Source of the DNA: Phoronis australis | Taxonomy: Eukaryota > Animalia > Phoronida | Length of the DNA: 64,000 nt | Reading direction: 5' to 3' | Assembly: GCA_002633005.1 (NCBI GenBank) | Contig: NMRA01000122.1 | Location: 728,518-792,517 of the forward strand | Shown here: positions 61,260 to 64,000 of the stretch, piece after piece | Numbering within the stretch: the first letter of the stretch is position 1 | Layout of the letters: every line of letters starts with the position of its first letter | The notes under the pieces: generated by a model | The model's input: the letters and a program-made list of their open reading frames with translations, nothing else | What the model was told of the DNA's origin: nothing | Databases searched by the model: none | Program-made: the position numbers and the translations under genes

Positions 61260-63405
61260 CCAGCAAGACTTTATTCACTCTTTTAAGTGCAAAAGGTTTG
61301 ACTGCGTAATTTTATTGTACGTCACCTTGAAGGAAAGGGGCGTCTTAAGTGGCATAGTCCTTGGGTTTTGATCTCTGGGGGGTCCAAAAGAGGACCCAAA
61401 TGTCCATTTAATTAAAATTTCGAGAGCAACACCCGTTACAAGTTCATTTCATGCAAATCACCACTCTAATAAAATGATGCAACTTAAAACGCGAAAATGC
61501 CTAGGGTTATAAATTAAGACGCCTACTAATTAACAACCAATTAATGATTTCTTTAAACTTTTTAAGTGCAACAAAAATTCTTTTTCCAACAGTTTAGTAA
61601 CTCTGGACACCTTATCCACACAATAAGACACAACTTTCCCTCGAGTTTGCAGATAAATTGGGGGTGTTTGGACTCCAAGTGATAAGACCCTCAAAAATGA
61701 GCTTGTGTAAAAGGGGAAATACAAAATTTTTATTACTGCTATGGATGAAACATTATTTCAGTTAACAAAAATACACCTTATGACATGAACAATTCTTGTG
61801 TTATTGAATGATTAAGACTCTTTAGAGCTAAACTGCTTGAAGCATATCTAGTGGCAACAAGTGAAAGTACATGGGATTGTCATGCATGACACAGTCTGTT
61901 GTTTCATAAGATAAAACCGGAACCCCAAAGGTAATAGTAATTATTCACGCTGCTGTAATTTAACTGCAAACATTTAAGTCGTGACCGTCCCCACTATCTT
62001 CATCAGACGATTCCATTTCTCTTGGTAGAGGATCATGATCTTTGTCTACATCACTGTTGATACCGTCATCTCTCTCAGAATCGTCACCATTGTTATCTGG
62101 CTCTGTTTTGAATTGAACCTCTAGAATGAGCGCAGGGTGCATCTGTTCTCCACTGAATCAAATGATTTAAAATGCACCGTCAACATTTTCCCATCCATTG
62201 GTGGGTATTCTGTCCAAGATTTGGAGATGAGCACTACCCCATAGTCTAGCAACAAATGCACTTCTATCCATGTGAAATGCTAGTTCAGCTTCACGCAGTG
62301 GAATACTGCTGCCCTCGATGCTTTTAAACTTCTCAAATGGGTGCTTAGTATTACTTCGGTTTGTAAGTATTGTCAACCACACTGAACCGGTGCTTGTTTA
62401 GTAGGACAAGTTTCTGTGCTCCATACAACACACAAAACAAAATCCTGCAAGATTTTGATGACTTCTTCTGTTGGAACATCGCGGTTCAATGAAGCAAAAG
62501 CTCTCTGGAACTTATCACTTATTGCCACGATTGCATATGATCTGTTTCTTCCTTTCCTTACAAATGCACAGGTATAGCAACATCCAGTGAACGCGTGTAG
62601 GCCAAGGTATTAGTTACGTTTAAATAACATAGAATGCCTTGCCCTCTAGTCCCAACCTCCATCCACACCATGGATGTACCTCAATGGACATGGTGTAGGA
62701 ACAACACTAGAATGTTGGTGTCAGAACCTCTTATGACGATGTCGTCAGGTGTGGGCTTGTCTGCCTCGTTTATACGAAGGATGACTGATGTCGGCTTCTG
62801 AGTAATTACAATTTACAGATGGAACTATCATTCTGTGCATACTTCTCCATCTTCAACAAACTACCAAGTGCACTCTCCCACCACTCTCCAATAAACTTCC
62901 CTTTCATCTAGAAGTGTTTTAAACAATATACAAGGATTTTTTGTCTTAAGTTGTATTTTTGTTCAGTTCAAATATCGTTTTATCTATACCAGTAACCAGA
63001 ATTGTCGTATTTCCTCTTTTGTACAAGTTCATTTTTGGGGGTCTTGTTATACCCCAGGAAAAATGAAGTCTTAAGTGGTGATTATGGTGTCTACAGTTAC
63101 TAAGCTATCTTTTAAAAAAAGAACTTTTGTTCCCACTTACAAGTTGAAATAAATTGTTAACTGGCTGTTAATTAGTAGGCATCTTAATTAATAAACCCCA
63201 AGACACATCTTAACTGGCATCATTTTAATTTGAGTGATATGAATGAAATAAAATAGATTGTTGGGTCCTCTTTTGGACCACCCCAGGGACCGAAGCCCAG
63301 AATTGTGCAATTAAGACGCCCCTTTCCTTCAATGGAAGGTGACTTACAATAAGAATTATGCACTCAAACCTTTTGCACTCGAAAGTGTAAATAAAGTCCT
63401 GCTGG
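61260..63405 (-). mobile_element. Internally deleted Academ-like DNA transposon with ~500-bp TIRs
   Basis: About 61260-61800 is an imperfect inverted copy of about 62930-63405; interior holds an XPG/FEN1-like relic. Confidence 0.7.
61980..62800 (-). pseudogene. Frameshifted XPG/FEN1-like (H3TH) transposase fragment
   Basis: EAD...IVIRGSDTNILVLFLHH / LGLHAFTGCCYTCAFVRKGRNR / SSIPLREAELAFHMDRSAFVARLW...PTNGW, then an acidic tail; stops and frameshifts throughout. Confidence 0.72.
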
Positions 63406-64000
63406 TTGGTCTTTTGGTTAGCATCACTTGTGCTGGAGTAAGTACTTCGTGATAACCTAAAATGACTACTCACTACTCCAAAAACATAACTTAGACGGAA
63501 ATTTTACAGCTATGAGAAAAAAAGTATGAAAAAGTAGGAAATATTAGGAATTTCAGAAAAAAGTAGGAAAAGCAGGAACAAGCCAAAAAGTAGGAAAAGT
63601 AGGAACGCTTGAAAGCCTGCCATTATGATATGCATTCATATAGTAAAAACTCATACGAATTGGATCCAACCAAATCCACACATTATGGGACAGTTCATGA
63701 ATATTTTGTTGAATGGAAGGTGGTGCGTGTTAGTCTTGGGGACACCATTATTTAGTGCATAAAACGTCAGCCATCCCCTAGCTGTTATTTAAACTTTTCG
63801 TGAATTGTATGCTAACTTGTGTAACAGAGCAAGTCTCCAGTGAACATCAAAAATGTGTATTTCACCTCGTCACGCGTACGTTTCAGTTCAGTTACACATG
63901 ATAACGATCAATTTCATATAGGCAAAGGAAGGAAACACCCTTTCTCCTAAGCCTGTCGCTAGCAAAGTGCCCAACACATACAGTCGCGCCCGCATGCCCA

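Larger units (their letters stand above)
61056..63619. mobile_element. hAT-like non-autonomous element with 6-bp TSD, interrupted by a nested element
   Basis: Perfect 13-bp TIRs CAGGCTTTCAAGC / GCTTGAAAGCCTG; CCATTA on both flanks; subterminal AAAAGTAGGA repeats at both ends. Confidence 0.85.

Overview
Intron-rich, AT-rich eukaryotic DNA, most likely from a highly heterozygous marine invertebrate bilaterian (inference; the species cannot be named). I reconstructed three spliced genes exon by exon with GT-AG boundaries and consistent phases. (1) GLDC, glycine dehydrogenase/P-protein, + strand, 20 exons at 4152-23009; its 5' exons were not found and probably lie left of the window. (2) A complete NRDC (nardilysin, M16 peptidase), - strand, 27 exons at 25015-54141, about 1130 aa, tail-to-tail with GLDC. 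(3) The first five coding exons of an SLC17/PHT4-type MFS anion transporter, + strand, 56329-60687, head-to-head with NRDC. Introns hold MITEs, tRNA-derived SINEs, Penelope remnants, Helentron-associated (HINE-like) satellite elements, and an Academ-like XPG transposase relic nested in a hAT-like element. Two single-N gaps are flanked by haplotype-like duplications. Most notable: HINE-borne arrays with a CTCF-like motif about every 150 bp, a triplicated splice donor in NRDC, a probable mitochondrial-presequence extension of NRDC, and hAT-like elements with 5-6 bp target duplications. No convincingly new multi-gene system was found.
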